Below the pieces are notes generated by a model. It searched no databases, was not told the DNA's origin, and saw only the letters and a program-made list of their open reading frames with translations. Shown one piece after another: positions 39,075 through 53,959 of a stretch of DNA of 64,000 bases (within the stretch, counting starts at the first letter, position 1; every line of letters begins with the position of its first letter). Position numbers and translations under genes: made by a program. Origin of the DNA: Eledone cirrhosa. Lineage: Eukaryota. The stretch is taken from positions 80,600,001 to 80,664,000 of the forward strand of contig OZ024742.1 in the NCBI GenBank assembly GCA_964016885.1, given 5' to 3'.

Positions 39075-40030
39075 TTCCATGCTTGTAGAGTTTATCCCGA
39101 ACTGGCAAAGCTCCTCGGTAGCACTGCCAGGCCAGGGATTTCTGGAAGTTGTCCATCGGCCCTGGCCCAAACGTTCTCTCGAAAAGATAGACTAGTTGAT
39201 TTTCGTCGACACCCAGAGTCTCCCCAAGGGCGTCGTCACTCTTTCCCCTCCACTAACCCTACATAGAACGGGAAGGTGGAGTCTCCACCGATTGCTTTGC
39301 CCGATTGGTCGAGGGCTGTAAGCGCCTGAAGACATTCCAGTTTCCAAATGCTTCCTCCCGGTCTTCGTTTGACCCAGGAATGCATCTCCGTCAAAGAGTC
39401 ATGCTGGTGAAAACGTGCCCAGCAAACCGTGACCACACCTGTTCATCGTCAAGGAGGAGATACAGACGCCGTAGCCTCGATGCGTATTTGAACATCACCA
39501 GTCAAATCATGCCCAGCTGACCACGTGGCCGGTGTTGACAGCAGATGGACAAACTGACCATCGGAGTGCGTCACTTCCACAAAAAGAGAATGAGTCAGGT
39601 GAGGCTTAGGACAAGCCACGCCGGTCAAGTTGTAGTAGATGAAGGACGCAATATACATGTTCGCCATCTCTGCCCGGCCTTTCAAAGATAGTTTCCTTTC
39701 GGCTCATTTCTGGGTAAGAGAAGCCACCTCATCCCAGTTTTTGTCTATTTGCAGGTCTGGTCTACACCAGACTCCGAGTAATTTATCCGGTCCGTCTGTC
39801 CAGAATTGATTTTTGTTCCTGTTACCGCTTCGTACTCACTGAGAGTGATACGTATCATTACGATGCGCTTGGTGTTCGACACGGCTATCCCATATCCTAT
39901 TTTGTGTGAGATGCGCCTCAAGGTCTCCAATTTGTGTAGTAATGGCTTAAGAGTCATCACAAACAGAAGGGACGACACGGGACAACCTTGGCGGAACTAG
40001 CCTAAGATGCTGAATGTTTCCGGAAGCTGA
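39075..40030 (-). mobile_element. Decayed Tx1-like LINE, related to 15040-16436
   Basis: RQGCPVSSLLFV, KGRAEMANMYIASFIYY, MDNFQKSLAWQCYRGALPVRD. Confidence 0.8.
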
Positions 40031-40699
40031 CTATTCATTGTAACAAGCGAGCAGATATCGCTGATGATGATGATGATGAAGAAGAAGAAGAAGAAGAAGA
40101 AGAAGAAGAAGAAGAAGAAGAAGAAGAAGAAGAGATCCCTGATAACAAATAAAGATTAGATGACCTACACGTTTCACTTATATCGCACACAAGATTATAA
40201 ATGGATTCAGGAACATCAAAGATAAAAGATGTAATTCCGACAAGGATGAGAATGGTCCGGGGAAATCTTAAGAATAGTATGTTTTTGATACCAAGGAAAC
40301 TCAATCAAACACTTAAAAATACAAAACCTTAACCTTAATCATAAAAATGCCATTCATATTTGAAAGCTGCACACGTCAGCATATATATACTCACGCATAA
40401 ACATTAAAAACATACACACATACACCACTCATTCATTCACACACACACACACACATATATATAGTGTGTGTGTGGATTGCCTATTGATTATCCAAAGACG
40501 GTAGATCTCAAAATTTGATAACGTTTGCAATACAATAATTTAACATGCATCATATTCATTTAGGATCTTCCATTCCATACATACATAAAACATCCAAGAA
40601 TAAAAAACAGAGACTTCAGAGAAAAAATATGAAGTAAAGGAAAGTAAAAACATGAAAGATCGAATAATATTGGAACTAAAAACGTTACTATGGATCACA

Positions 40700-40950
40700 G
40701 GAGTCAACTCTGGAAGTACTGGTCGCTCTCCGACAGGTTTGCGGTCGTACCCTAGGCAGTGGGGACTGCTAATGTCCTTTGCCATAGGTCTACCTCCCTA
40801 CTCACCACCATACGCGCTGAGCTGTACAGCAGCATGTGTGAGCCACACGAAATTGAAAGGCTCTTCCAGCGCATCTCCCTTAATATCCTCCGTCGAAAAG
40901 CTTTCTCCATTCTGTCCGCAGGGGCTGTGGGACGTCCAGCACGTGGGACC
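40700..40950 (+). mobile_element. 3' fragment of a CRE-like element
   Basis: CEPHEIERLFQRISLNILRRKAFSILSAGAVG matches 34377-34472. Confidence 0.7.
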
Positions 40951-41164
40951 CCATTTGCTCATTATACAGAGAGATGGGGAAGGTCAGAGGGATGGGGCCG
41001 ATGACGGTGGGAATTTGGCTCTTCCGTGTTCGGACACAGACTGTATCTAGCATGTGGATCATCTAATAGTAGTCAACAATTTATCTTGGTATATATACAA
41101 TTCCATGCATATAAGGAAATAATATAGATAGTTTTATTGGATACTTTGATATATACACATATAT

Positions 41165-41710
41165 TACAAGTAGTTCACCCGCCAATGTACATACGAAGAC
41201 ACACTCCATACCCTATTTCCAATTTCTCCGACTTCGTCGAATCTGTAGCCAGGACGACGATTTCGAAACCCATTCCATCCGCATAGCTTCCTGCTTCATT
41301 CAGCATGGATATCCCTCAACCCTGATCCAAGCTGCTCTCACCTGCGCCCATGAAACATACAGCACCACAGCCCTCTCACCTCACCCCCGACCTCCCAACA
41401 CTCGTGTTCCTTTCCCTCTCCCCTACCACCCCATCACCCTACCACTCAGGCGACATATCCTCCATTCCTTCCGTATCCTCTCTTCTGACACCGTCACTTC
41501 TCGCTTTTTTACGAACCCACCCATTACTGCTTTTAAGCGAGCCCGCAGTCTCCGCTACCTCTTGGTTCGTAGTTCCTTTGCGTCCTCTCCCGCAACTCCA
41601 CCCGGCTCTCATCCTTGTTCCCGTTCCTGCTGCTACACTTGTCCCTTTATTTATACCCCCACCACTCCTTTCGTATCCGCCATTCCTTCACCTTGACATC
41701 CAGCCACGTT
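41165..41710 (+). pseudogene. PLE RT-thumb / Cys-linker remnant
   Basis: HSIPYFQFLRLRRICSQDDDF...HGYP, TAFKRARSLRYLLVRS, HPCSRSCCYTCPF. Confidence 0.75.
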
Positions 41711-43857
41711 GTCTAAATATTATATATCTCTATACTCAACCTGCGTCTCCCAATCCATTGATTACTCCTATAATTAGTGGTTTCCGTGATCTTAAGAAAG
41801 ATTCATGAGATCTCATATGAACAAGCCGATATTTGTTTGAATGTGAGAATACGATAATATTGAATTTACGATCAAGTTCAATGGTTTGATATATTTATGA
41901 GTTTTCGTTAAGATAATGTATGTTGAAGTGGCTGAAAAAAAAATCTCCCGAGGAAAAGGTTGGTTGAGTTATATAAAATCTATGTTGGTGTTGATATGTG
42001 ATATAGTTTGAGATTAGACTTCCGACAACGCGTCTGTTTGTGGATGTCTATGTATAAAGAAATGGAAGAAGCCGGCGCTTCGGATATGCTATCCCACTTT
42101 AGGTGAGGTTTCTCATTTGGTGTTTTGTTTTTTAACTGGACATGATTCAGGCCTACGGCACAACCATCCTGCTACTACAGGTTTTATGATTTTATATTTT
42201 GATGATCTCTCTATATTTATGACCAAGGGAAGTATTCGTCTAGTAAAGCTAAGAATTATGACTGTTTTTACATTAGTGGATATGGTGTTGGTACAGTTTT
42301 AAAATCTTCTTTCTATTTTACGGTAGGCATGTTGGTGGTATATTGGAAAGTATGTTTAAAGCCCCTGTTGGCAAAGAACATCACGTAATTGGGACTAAAT
42401 TGACAAAGGTAAGTTTGTTGGAAGGCATACAGTAGTTCCTAGTAATTTGTTTCGTAATAAATTCCCGATAACCAATGCGTGAATTCGAAGAGTTAGCGCT
42501 ATAATATACTTTATGGGTGTGCCAATGTAAGACAAAGGGCATCTAAAGAATTAAGAGTAGAACGCTTTGTGAGGAACTGTAATGTAATGTGTTAAGTACA
42601 TAGCCATCATTATGATCTAATAGCCGGGGTTGACTTTGCCTTTCATCCTTACGGGGTCGATAAAATAAAGTACCAGTAATGCACTGGGTAATTGCTGGCC
42701 ATGTACCTAAAGTAGAAACAATTATGATCTAATAGCGTCAGACCGTACTGGTATTCTACATCTCAATGAATGTTAGGCATTGTAACCAAAACTGGGTTTT
42801 CTTTGGTCATGATATAATTTTGTGTTTGATTTCATATATATCAGTATATCTGCAGGTGAATTTTTAAGATCTAACAAGTATAGATTCTGAAGGCTAGAAA
42901 TAAACCTCAATAACATTGAATTGATTAAAAGTAAATCTGTTATTTTGTTAAATGTGTTGAACATTTTAAAAACAGTAAGGTTATTATCCCATTTCCAATG
43001 ACCGTTTCTTCTGATAGTGGTCTTATAATTCTATTGGTACGTTTAATGTAAGAACCAGATTTGTAAAATTTGGGGCAATGATTATCTAGAGTTTAACAGA
43101 CAATCGAGAATAAGTTGCTAACCACTCCTTCCATTAGTATGACAAACGCCCCCGATATAGATTAGCTAGTTATATGAATACGATTATATGCTCCATGAAC
43201 ACCTTCATTGTCACGAATTGAACTAATGACATATATGAAATAGATAAAAAATACACTTAGCTAGGTTCTCCATAAAAGAATAGACTATAGCTTCTAGAAG
43301 ACCGACCCTTCTATTTACAAATGTCATACTGCTGCAGCCAAATCACTATCTAAGCATTTAAATATAGATACGGAATATTTCATCTATAGTGTTGGTCCAA
43401 TATACATTTCAAAAATATATTAATATAATAAGAATGAAAGCGTTTTAATATTTTGCAAGATATTTTATGTCAACATTATTTTACCATCCTTATATGTATT
43501 ATATATAGAACCTCTGGTCCCCGCTGGACGTGTCTTTTACGGCTATGGTTCACTCACCAGCAACACATACAATCTTGTGTGTCTACTCAGCAAAAAGGAA
43601 ATCAAATAATGAAATAATTGAAACATTTACATGAATGGTCCTAACAAAGTTATGGTAACACAGTAAAAAGGCTACTATGAACTGTTCCTCATAACATCAT
43701 ATTTCTACTATCTGCTTTAATAGTAACATTGCCTTTTATTTTGTTGCATTAAAATCATAGAAGGAATAGTCGCCATGCAATGTGAGAGATACTAACTTAT
43801 ACCTACAAATTCACCTTCAGAAATTATATGATTAATCGTTAAGGAAGATTATGAACA

Positions 43858-44094
43858 TAAGGGGGTCGGTTAAAAGGTTCATAGGCTGACTTTGAAATAG
43901 GCTGACTTTGAAATAGGCTGACTTTGAAGATGGTAGAGCTGCGAGATCGTGCGTGCATTAATTTCAAACTCTTCTCATTAGTGATTACATTCTTTCCATC
44001 CATTTTCAAAAATAACTCCTTTACTAATTCCATGAGGGTATCTTGGTAAGCCTGTGAATTTTTCAACCTATGAACCTTTCAGCCGACCCTCGTA
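43858..44094. mobile_element. Mariner-type MITE with TA target-site duplication
   Basis: Terminal inverted repeats TA-AGGGGGTCGGTTAAAAGGTTCATAGGCTGA / TCAACCTATGAACCTTTCAGCCGACCCTCG-TA. Internal 16-bp unit x3. A related TIR is at 23596-23627. Confidence 0.75.
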
Positions 44095-44689
44095 TTGTCT
44101 GAAATTATACATACCACTATATACACACTGGCGGACGTTTGACATAACAACTATTGATACATAACGCTATACACAAAGCAAAAGTTCAATAATAGCTTCT
44201 CTCACAAAGATGAATGAATTTATTTGAGTTTAGGGCAACTCAGTAACAACTTACTTTGGGACAAATGTATTACAGACAACATATATTAAGCATGTAACTT
44301 GTGTATGACTAATTAATTGCAAATCCTATTGTGTCGGTATAGTTATGACTTGAGGAATCTATTGTTCGTAATTATCTCATTGTGTATTAATACTTTAAAG
44401 TACCACCCACTATTTGTAACCTTTTTTAGATTGATAGTTGTATGAACAATACATCTACTTAAATTATTTATCAACTTTCTTGATAGCTTACATGTGTTTT
44501 AATGGAGATCTGACTGTTGCTTCTAGCACGTTATTCAACCACATACTGGAATCACGCATTCGTGATTTGTGTGAACTAGCATACATCGGTGTGAAGAATC
44601 CTCTATTTATAAATATATATTTGGCCACTCAAACCTGCAGCTTTTCAAAGGTCTGTATGTGTGCTAGTGTATATGGGTTGGTGGATCCA

Positions 44690-45200
44690 CATCTATCTAT
44701 ATACTTGACCTCTAGACCACCAGCAAGCAGCCCGCTGGAAAAATATGGAAGTCACATCTACAGAGAAAAACCAAAATATCATACTTAAGAACATCTGTTG
44801 AATCAGTGTTGATGTATGATTCAAGCACATTGACTATGAAACAAACTCTTGAAATTAAACTAGATGGTGCCTACACTAAAATGCGTAGCATTGTACAGAA
44901 CATAAACTGGCAACCAACGTATTACAAATGAAATACGGAAACTTGCTCAATATAACAACTACACTTGCTCAAAGACGGATAAAATGTGCAGCACGTTGCT
45001 GGAGATGTACGCATGATGTAACACAGAAACTGATATTGTAGGAACAACGCAGTAGAGGAAGACCTACTCGAACTATCATAGATCAACTCTTAGAGGATAC
45101 AAACCTCAGTAAAGAATAGTTGCCAGGAGGATAGGAATATCCTGAATTTTTGAGATACCTTTTCAGCAATGTCCGACTGTAGACGCAATGATGATGATGT
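44690..45200 (+). mobile_element. Decayed RTE-group 3' fragment with (TGA)n tail
   Basis: KIWKS, SVESVLMYDS, LDGAYTKM, RGRPT. Tail at 45189-45199. Confidence 0.65.
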
Positions 45201-46330
45201 AATGTATTATAGAACATATGATGGTATATCTTTTTTGTTTTCTCCTTGGTGTAGCAATCTCATAATATTAAGATATTTTATACATATTTCCTCATTCACT
45301 GGTTTATACATTTCTGATTTCATTTGTTGTACATCATCAATTAGGCAATGTCCGGTGTTAATAACAAATATATCAACTTTAATAAAATAGATTGATTATG
45401 CAACAGGATTTGATTAAGTACATTTGTGACCCTGGTTGCATTTATACCCTACGAATTAATTATTGCCAATGAAGTGAAATCGACGCAAATTTATTACTGT
45501 CTTAGGTTATATCCAAGGAAATGCTCTTAATCCAATTTGAAAAATCAGTATTAACTGTCATTTATTGTAACTATGAATGTACAATTGAATTGCTAAAACA
45601 CAAGAACGGAATACCCAGGAATTTTAATAGTAATTCCGATTAATATTCCACCTGATTTCCAAGCTAATCCAACGGGGCTTTAAGGTTAAACGTATAATGT
45701 TTCTAATACAACATTGCTATTCCATTGGTATCCGGAATAATATTAGAAAATGTATGCCGTCAATCTATGTTGAGTATGATAGTTTAGTGGATTTGGGAGG
45801 TTCCAACTTTGTAGTAAGAGTAATATTGATTACCGTTGTGCATTTATTGGTGCATGAATACTATTTTAGTGTATTGGTCTAGTAACACATATGTTCGCAG
45901 ATAATCTAGTATCACAGTTGCGTATTCTGCTGACAGTATTTGATGTGTATTTGTTATAAAGTATAATTTTCAGCTTCATTTCTGTGAATGAAATAAACTA
46001 TTTAATTCATGCCTCAGTATATAATGTGCCAGAAGCGAAACACTTATGATTTTGATTACCGATTACATTTGGGAATATAATTTGGATATTAAATTTGGGT
46101 ATTTAAACAGCTTAGCCTTCATAATAGAGATGTGAGTTTAGAGTCAGCCTAGTGGAAATGCACTTTCACTGTTCTAAAAGTGAAATCATAGAAATATATT
46201 ATACGTAAGATATTACTGGTAGCAGTAATGTATCCATAGAACGATATATTATTGAAGTACTAATTTTTAAATAAAATTGTTAATATTTTTTCTTTCTGAA
46301 TTTATGTTAATTTTATTTGCACAAATAATA

Positions 46331-46510
46331 ATTGTTTCTACTTTAGGCACACGGCCAGCCAGCAATTACCCAGTACATTTATTTACTTTATTTTATCGAC
46401 CCCGTAAGGATGAAAGGCAAATTTAACCTCGGCGGTATTTGAACTCAGACTGTAAAGGGACGTAACTATGCTAGAAAACATGGCATCCAACCCTCTAGCG
46501 ATACTGCCAA
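46331..46510 (-). mobile_element. tRNA-derived SINE; partial copies at 42622-42722(+), 46535-46690(-), 29555-29713(-)
   Basis: Same consensus as 38866 and 52540. Confidence 0.8.
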
Positions 46511-46781
46511 AAATAATAATTCATATAAGCTACTAATGGTTTCTGATTTAGGCACAAGGCCAGAAATTCTAGGAAGGGAATGTCAAATCGACCCCAGGGC
46601 GTGACTGATACGTTATTGTATCAGCTATTTTGTATAAGGAAAGAATTGTTTCTACTTTTGGCACAAGGGCAGCAATTACCCAGTGCATTACTTTATATGT
46701 TATACTTTGTATAAGGAAATAATAAAAACAAATGCGGAACTTATTTGCCATTTCTTTCCAGCTCCATATATATATATATAT

Positions 46782-48570
46782 AACTTTGATAACTTTGATA
46801 GGTTTAGGCCAGTATTGGCCAAGGCCATGTCTAACTTAATAGCACCACCTGGCGAAGTCTTACAAATCAGTGTTTGGGCACCATGGCTTGCTCGAGCAGA
46901 GAGTTATTGTTTACGGAGGCATATCCGGGATTTCTTGAAATAATTTATCCAAAGACTTCCTGAACTTGATGGGGTCTGTCTCTGCTTTGGTGTGTTAAAG
47001 AGTGCAGGTCCAATTGAGGTGAAATAATTGTGCCGTATTGTTGTTATGTGATGCGAATGGGATTTTTGTCGTGGGCGGATAGCACGGGGCCCAAGCCTAA
47101 AGGTGATGCCAACATCATTTGGGCTAAGCTGATGGATTCTTTTCCACATCATACAGATAATGTAGCGCTCAAGGCGACGTTGAAGAGAATAAAGTTTGAG
47201 GTTTTCTAATCGACCTCAATAGTCAAGGCCTGTCATGCCAAATTTCTTTTTTTAATTGACCTTTGGGGTGCTTCAACTTTCATGATACTTTGTTTCGTGT
47301 GGCGTGACCACAGTGGACAACAGTATTCAAGGTGGGGTCGGGCAATAGTGGAGAAGAGATGCACAACAGTGTGTATATCTCTCGATTGGAAAGTACTGAG
47401 AATCCAGGAACACATCTGCGGGCCATATCAACTTTGCTGTTTATATGAATGGCCTAGCTTATATTGTTGTCCATAATTACTTCCAGGTCTCTGATGCTAT
47501 TGGAAGCCACTAGAGTTTCACCCGAAGGAAGAGAGTATGGTAATTTCAGGGCATCCCTTTTTCCAAAGTGGATTAGTTCAAATTTATCCTCACTCAACAG
47601 CATATTATTCATCACTGCCCATTGGATAACAACCAGTAGGTCTGACTGGAGGCAAGTCCGGTCACCCAGCTCATTGATACCCTTTCGAGCTTGGAATAGT
47701 CTGCGAAGATTCTGATGTTACTGTGTTTGATGATGTCAGTAATGTCATTAATGTAGATGATGAAAAGGAGTGGGCTCAACACAGTGCCTTGTGGGACGCC
47801 AATACCGACTTTGGCAGGGCTTTGTTTTACTCCTTCGACTACAACATGCTGGGTTCTGCCTGTCAGGAAACATTTGATCCACTGTAGTAACCTTCCAGAG
47901 ACACCAACATTGGATAGTTTTTTCAGAAGAATCTTATGATCAACCCTGTCGAAGGCCTTGCTGAAATAAATGTAGATGACATCAGTGTTGGAGCCCTCTC
48001 CAAAGGCTCTCAAAACATCGTCAAAGTGATGCAGGAGCTGCGTTAGGCAGTCCCTTCTATTACCGAATCCAAGTTGTTTGGAGTTCAGTAGGCCGTTGCT
48101 TTCAAGAAAGTGGGTTATTCGTGATCTCACCACCCTCTCAAATACCTTGATAATATGAGAGGTGAGTGAGATCGGACGGTAGTTCACTGAAAGGGATTTA
48201 TTTCCCTTGTTGAAGACTGGGACAACGGACTGGGACAGAATGTTTTCAGTAATATAGCCAGTGTCCAGTGAGTTCCTCCACAGATTAGCAAAAGGAGTTG
48301 CAAGTTGGTGTCGACACACCCTGAGAACACAAGCAGGGACCTGTCGGGGCCTACTGGTGAATTGTGTTTAATTTCGTGTATTGCCGCTGAGACATCAGAG
48401 GCGCCAAACGTTATGTCTGCTATAGTGTGTTGGGGGTTGATATCACTGATACAGCCCAGATCGGGGTTGCTGAAAACAGAGCAGTATTGTTTCTGCAGTA
48501 TATCGCCCATCGCTTTGGAATTGTCCTGGAGTGTGCCATTTTTATCAACAGTGGACACATTGACCTTGTA
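46782..48570 (-). mobile_element. CR1-group LINE, 5'-truncated and frameshifted
   Basis: NYRPISLTS, FSKAFDRVDH, GVPQGTVLSPLLF, IFADYSKL, RPHLEYCCPLW. 3' tail (ATCAAAGTT)x2. Confidence 0.88.
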
Positions 48571-48585
48571 ATTTTTAACGAATGA

Positions 48586-48664
<79 letters not shown>

Positions 48665-48718
48665 AACCAGTAAGACCCCGACAGCTGAGCTCAAGCCGTT
48701 TCGACGGCTAATTCTGGA

Positions 48719-48778
<60 letters not shown>

Positions 48779-49096
48779 AATATGGTAATTACAATGGTAA
48801 TGGAAAAATATATCCCTGCTGGATATATATATATATATATAGGAAATATATATATATATAGGAAATAATAAAAACAAATACGGAACGTATTTGCCATTTC
48901 TTTCCAGCTCCATATATATATATATATATATATCAAGGGATATATTTTTTCCATTACCATTGTAAGGGGTCTGACTAGCCGCGGATTACACCTTCAGCTG
49001 ATCAGTGGCGAAAAGCGCGTCACCAACCAATACATGTAATGAAGGAGTAACCAATCGTCCCTGTTTTATTTTATTTTACTATATATATATATATAT

Positions 49097-49320
49097 AAAA
49101 TCAACGACCAGCTACTGCACTCCCTTCCTGATGTTTTTACACTAACAAATCTGTCGAGACGATGCCAGATCCCCATGAAGTGGTGAACTTTACGCCAGAA
49201 TTTCTCCTTTTTTTGGAGCCTCCAGGACTACCGCTCCACATGCTAGGTCTTAAAGTTTTCACTCGTGTAATGCTGCCGCGGAATCCGGAACCACCAAGAC
49301 TGTGCAACGAGGTGTCATAA
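49097..49320 (+). pseudogene. Helitron PIF1-like helicase fragment
   Basis: KINDQLL...KSVETMPD...FTPEFL..LEPPGLPLHMLGLKV..VMLPRNPEPPRLCN matches the Helitron helicase motif EFLNSLxPxGLPPHxLxLKVG..MLLRNL...LCNG. Confidence 0.8.
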
Positions 49321-49829
49321 ACACAACAGCAAGCTGGTCGATACACAATTGTCATTTCTTTAGCAAGCCTGGTGTACTTTTATTTTGTTTCTTATCTAAA
49401 ACGTCTCTTTCCCCTGGTTTAAGGTGAATGCCTCCAGAGAAGAAACCATCCGTTGCTTGACAATTGGGGCGACAATCTAAGGTGTATGTACAAATCTTGA
49501 ACGCATACAGATTCATTCTACGGGCTGCCAGGGAAAGCAACCAAATTCCTTTTAATGGCTGCCAATGAAAGCATACAAAGTCCTTTTAAGAGCTACATGT
49601 GAACGCACACAAGGCCCTTTTTAGGTCCCCCACTTGAAATTGTTGATGGTGAGCCCAATAGTAACTCCGAAGCTTTCGGCATTCAATATAACATTTCGGT
49701 CTATATAAGATTGGGTAGATTTACGAAGAGTCTATGGGGAAGGCCCAGCATGCTGTTCGGTTGCATGATATGTCTTACTCCAGCATTACAGGCTTTACTC
49801 TGTACAGTATGCATGCATGTGCAATAGAT

Positions 49830-50150
49830 ATAACTGATACTGTTTGTCCGGATGACTGGTTGCGAATCTATAAAACTCGAAAAACTACCTAACCGATTTT
49901 CTCCAAATGGAAGAAAAATCATACACTATGATTTAGTACGCTTAAAGAGTATCCGCTGATTTTCCTCAGATTTTACGCATTCATTTAGATGTTTCGGACC
50001 TACTGGTGTTCTACGTTTCCAGTAGATGAACAATCATTCCATAAGAATAAGGGAATTCAAAAAGTACACAGCTACATTCCTCAATCTTTGCATATGTGTG
50101 GTTGCTATTTCATGTTTTCTACACCGTTCAACGCCGGGCCCTGCTGATAG
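49830..50150 (+). mobile_element. Possible decayed non-autonomous Helitron
   Basis: 3' CCGTTCAACGCCGGG...GATAG-T resembles the terminus at 26757-26785. Confidence 0.4.
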
Positions 50151-50192
50151 TTATATATATATATATATATGTGGATTAAGAAATATATATAC

Positions 50193-50635
<443 letters not shown>

Positions 50636-51339
50636 ATGAAACAGTGAATGTCAATATGTTTACATGATCTCTGAGCTTGAAAATACTTGAAAAAACAGCC
50701 ACTTCACCACGTCGACCTTAATAAAACGGCTATTTACCCCATTAGAATTAAATTCTGAACCTAAGAAATGATTTCAAACTATAAAAAATATATTGAAGTT
50801 TAAAATATTGACCAATATGCTATTCTAATATCATCATTATTTATATCTGAAAATGATCTCTTTCATCACAGCGTCCTCTTCTCCATGAAAATCATCGTCA
50901 TAAACATTATTATTATCTTCGTGTATTCCAAACAATTAATATTTTTCTTGATCAGTTCGGATATCTGATTTGGTTTTCATAACGCATTAAACATTGTAAA
51001 TCTCATTTTGTCTACAACCTGTCCAGTAATGCTTGTCAGTGATTTAAATGCAGCTTCTTGCAATCTATATATTTGATAGAGGAGAGAAAACATAAAAATA
51101 TATTGCACGTTTATACGCAGACGTAACTTTGGTTCATATATTACTTTAATGGGAAAACCTCAGTCTACAATCTTCAATAGGATAACTAAAATGTTTCTAG
51201 TGGCTTTATTTTTTTTATCGTTCTTAATGTAAGATTCCAGAAATATTCAAGCGTATCATTCGTTCGAAAGAAAATACATTATATGTAAAAGAGGAATTAT
51301 GAGTAGAAATGCGTAAATGGCATTTCAATTGGAGAATGT

Positions 51340-51800
51340 GTAATATGCACCGAAATATTATGATTAAAATATCGGGCAAACTATCAAATTATTGATCTCA
51401 GGAGGGCGTTATTTAGATATATGTCAACGCACTGACATCTGTTGTCAAAACAATCTGAAATTTCCCTGACAAGACAATATCTCTAACGCTAAGTGTCGAT
51501 GAGTACTCACTTTGGGATTCCATATTTTTTCCGGCGTCTGTAATGAAAATATCCTTGAAGTATAGCATATCCAGTATTTTCCAACACGGTATATACACAA
51601 GTATATTCACCACGTTCATTCATTCGTAATTTTATTCGGTGGCGTTCGATTTTATTCAGCCAGCTGTTAAAATCAGGATAGTATAAATCTGCGATGTCAG
51701 GATGCATTGTTTATAGACATTCTTTAAAGTAAAAGAATTTTTTTCTCCCGAAATTTCTCACATGTGTTATGTAAATATTCTCCGATTCAACAAATGATTG
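51340..51800 (-). pseudogene. Possible piggyBac transposase remnant
   Basis: NKIERHRIKL...ENTGY...FITDAGK resembles piggyBac PNKPxRYGIK...TGY..F.IYTGK. Very decayed. Confidence 0.3.
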
Positions 51801-52539
51801 CTGACTTATATCTCATTATTCATTAAAAGTAATATACCGACATTCATCATGGCAGAAATTATGATTGTGCGAGAACAAAGTCAAAACAGTTTGTCCATGT
51901 CAGTATTTTTATGTGCAACGAAGAACAGATCGATAATGTCTCACATACTATGGTTATGTTTACCCCGTGGTGTAAAATTGTGGTCAAGTATTGCATTGAC
52001 ATTATTCGATTCATTACCTCTCGTAAATATGAAGTGTTTGATGTTCGATAAAAATGATTATTGTTATTTTAAGCACCTACATTTTATCATTTCCGTTATA
52101 ATACTTTTTTTTATAATAGAACTGTTGAATGGTTGTATCGGTAGAGCGTTCGACACCATGCTCGGCGGCATAGAATTATGACTCTTTACCTTCTGATTTC
52201 AAAATGTGGTTAGCTCAGCTTTGATACTTACAGTGTAAATAAAATGAAGTGCTAGTTATGAACTAGGGTGAATTTAGTGGACTTCCCCTCCTCAAATACA
52301 GTTTGCCTTGTGCCTCAATCAGAAACCGTTATTACTTTTTTATAATAATTATTAATGTAATTATTAGTTAATGCATATAACAATTTCATACAAGTCTAAT
52401 TGATTTCCTTTGTATTGTCTAATTTAGTAGTGCCTTCAGCATCAGAATCACATTAGTTAAGCAGTGACTGTTGCATTTGGTTGGGCTACTATAAAATAAT
52501 GTTTTTTATTGCCATGGAATAATCGAAAGAATGGAAAAT

Positions 52540-52722
52540 AATTGTTTCTACTTTAGGCACAAGGCCACCAAATACCTAGTGCATTACTGGTACTTTATTT
52601 TATCGACCCCGTAAGGATGAAAGGCAAAGTCAACCTCGGCGGGATTTGAACTCAGATCATAAAGGGACGTAACTATTCTGGAAAGCATGGAGTCCGACCC
52701 TCTACCGATACTGCCAATCCAC
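52540..52722 (-). mobile_element. tRNA-derived SINE (octopod-type); diverged copies at 52130-52330(+) and 57577-57780(+)
   Basis: A-box, B-box and body as in 38866-39034. Confidence 0.85.
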
Positions 52723-53457
52723 ATGGAAAATAATATGGGAAGAAGTGTCATCATGACCCATAGAAGGCCTACGAAGAAGCGACGACAATAGACGAAATGT
52801 TGATTGAGTCAACTTTACGTCGAATTCAGAAGCTGTATCTCAATGACCAGTGAATTAACCAAACAAAATATGTTGTACGGCTAGCGATTTGTCACATAAT
52901 ATGTTCTTTGATAACCATGAAATTATATTACCCCATGTCGCTCAGACAAATGCACTCATGTTAAGTAACTTAATTATCTCAAAGTCAAATCTTATCGATT
53001 TCTGCATACCCAATGAAATATAAAATGAAAACTCGACACATCGTCTTTCTGTCGGGTAGATGGAAATATTTATCATTTTGTCTAGCCAAGGTAATAATAT
53101 ATAGAATATGCTTACGTTTGATTGGAATAAATATTAATAATCTTATGTGGGATATTGAAAAGACATGGAGGTTCTTTTCAATTACGTGTTTTGACAAAAG
53201 GTAGATCAAATTCCTGTTTGTGATATAGTTATGTTCTAAAAGAAGTTATGATCTGGTATGTATCATTTATATTTTCTACACAATTAGAATATGATATTAG
53301 GTGTCTTAACCTTCGGGATAGCCATCGGACTCATAACATAGTTACGAAGCTACAAAGAATATTAAGAATCATACATAATGCTGAGAGTAGAAATTCTCAT
53401 AAAGAGAGGTCCATACCAAATGCAGACACTGTTTACGGACATTTCGCTTCTAATGAT

Positions 53458-53546
<89 letters not shown>

Positions 53547-53959
53547 GTGCGTGCGTGTGTATGTATATATCTATATGTGTGTGTGTGGGGGGGGGGGGTG
53601 CGTGTGTGTGGACATTCACAGGCAAATTTAAATGATCCACATTGTAATATCGAGAAATGCAGCGTCATTTCAAAGATGTTACTTGCAAAAATCGGCCAGT
53701 GGATGCATTGTTGACGTTTGATTAGCTTCGAATTGGGATTGATTTAAAGTTGGTTTATTTGCATCGACGGTTTATCTTTATAAAAATATATATATAAATA
53801 TATATATAAATATGGACAGTGATAACTCTTAATTTCCTGATCTTTGAAAAATAATATATGTATGCATATATATATATATATATTCCAGAGTTACTGCAGC
53901 ATTTTTTCTCACAATATGGCCATGAGGAACAATAATAATAAGAAAAATAGCCACCCTTG

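Noticed and set aside
41820-42600. Additional decayed PLE on the minus strand
   Set aside because: Suggestive fragments only, with no diagnostic motif intact.
43881-43928. CRISPR-like repeats (16-bp unit x3; also 881-959)
   Set aside because: Head-to-tail with no spacers, no cas genes and a eukaryotic context.
48990-49025. CTGATCA-GTGGC-GAAA motif
   Set aside because: G8 is missing and the stems do not close.
52620-52722. tRNA gene
   Set aside because: The A and B boxes belong to a multi-copy SINE, and there is no complete cloverleaf.
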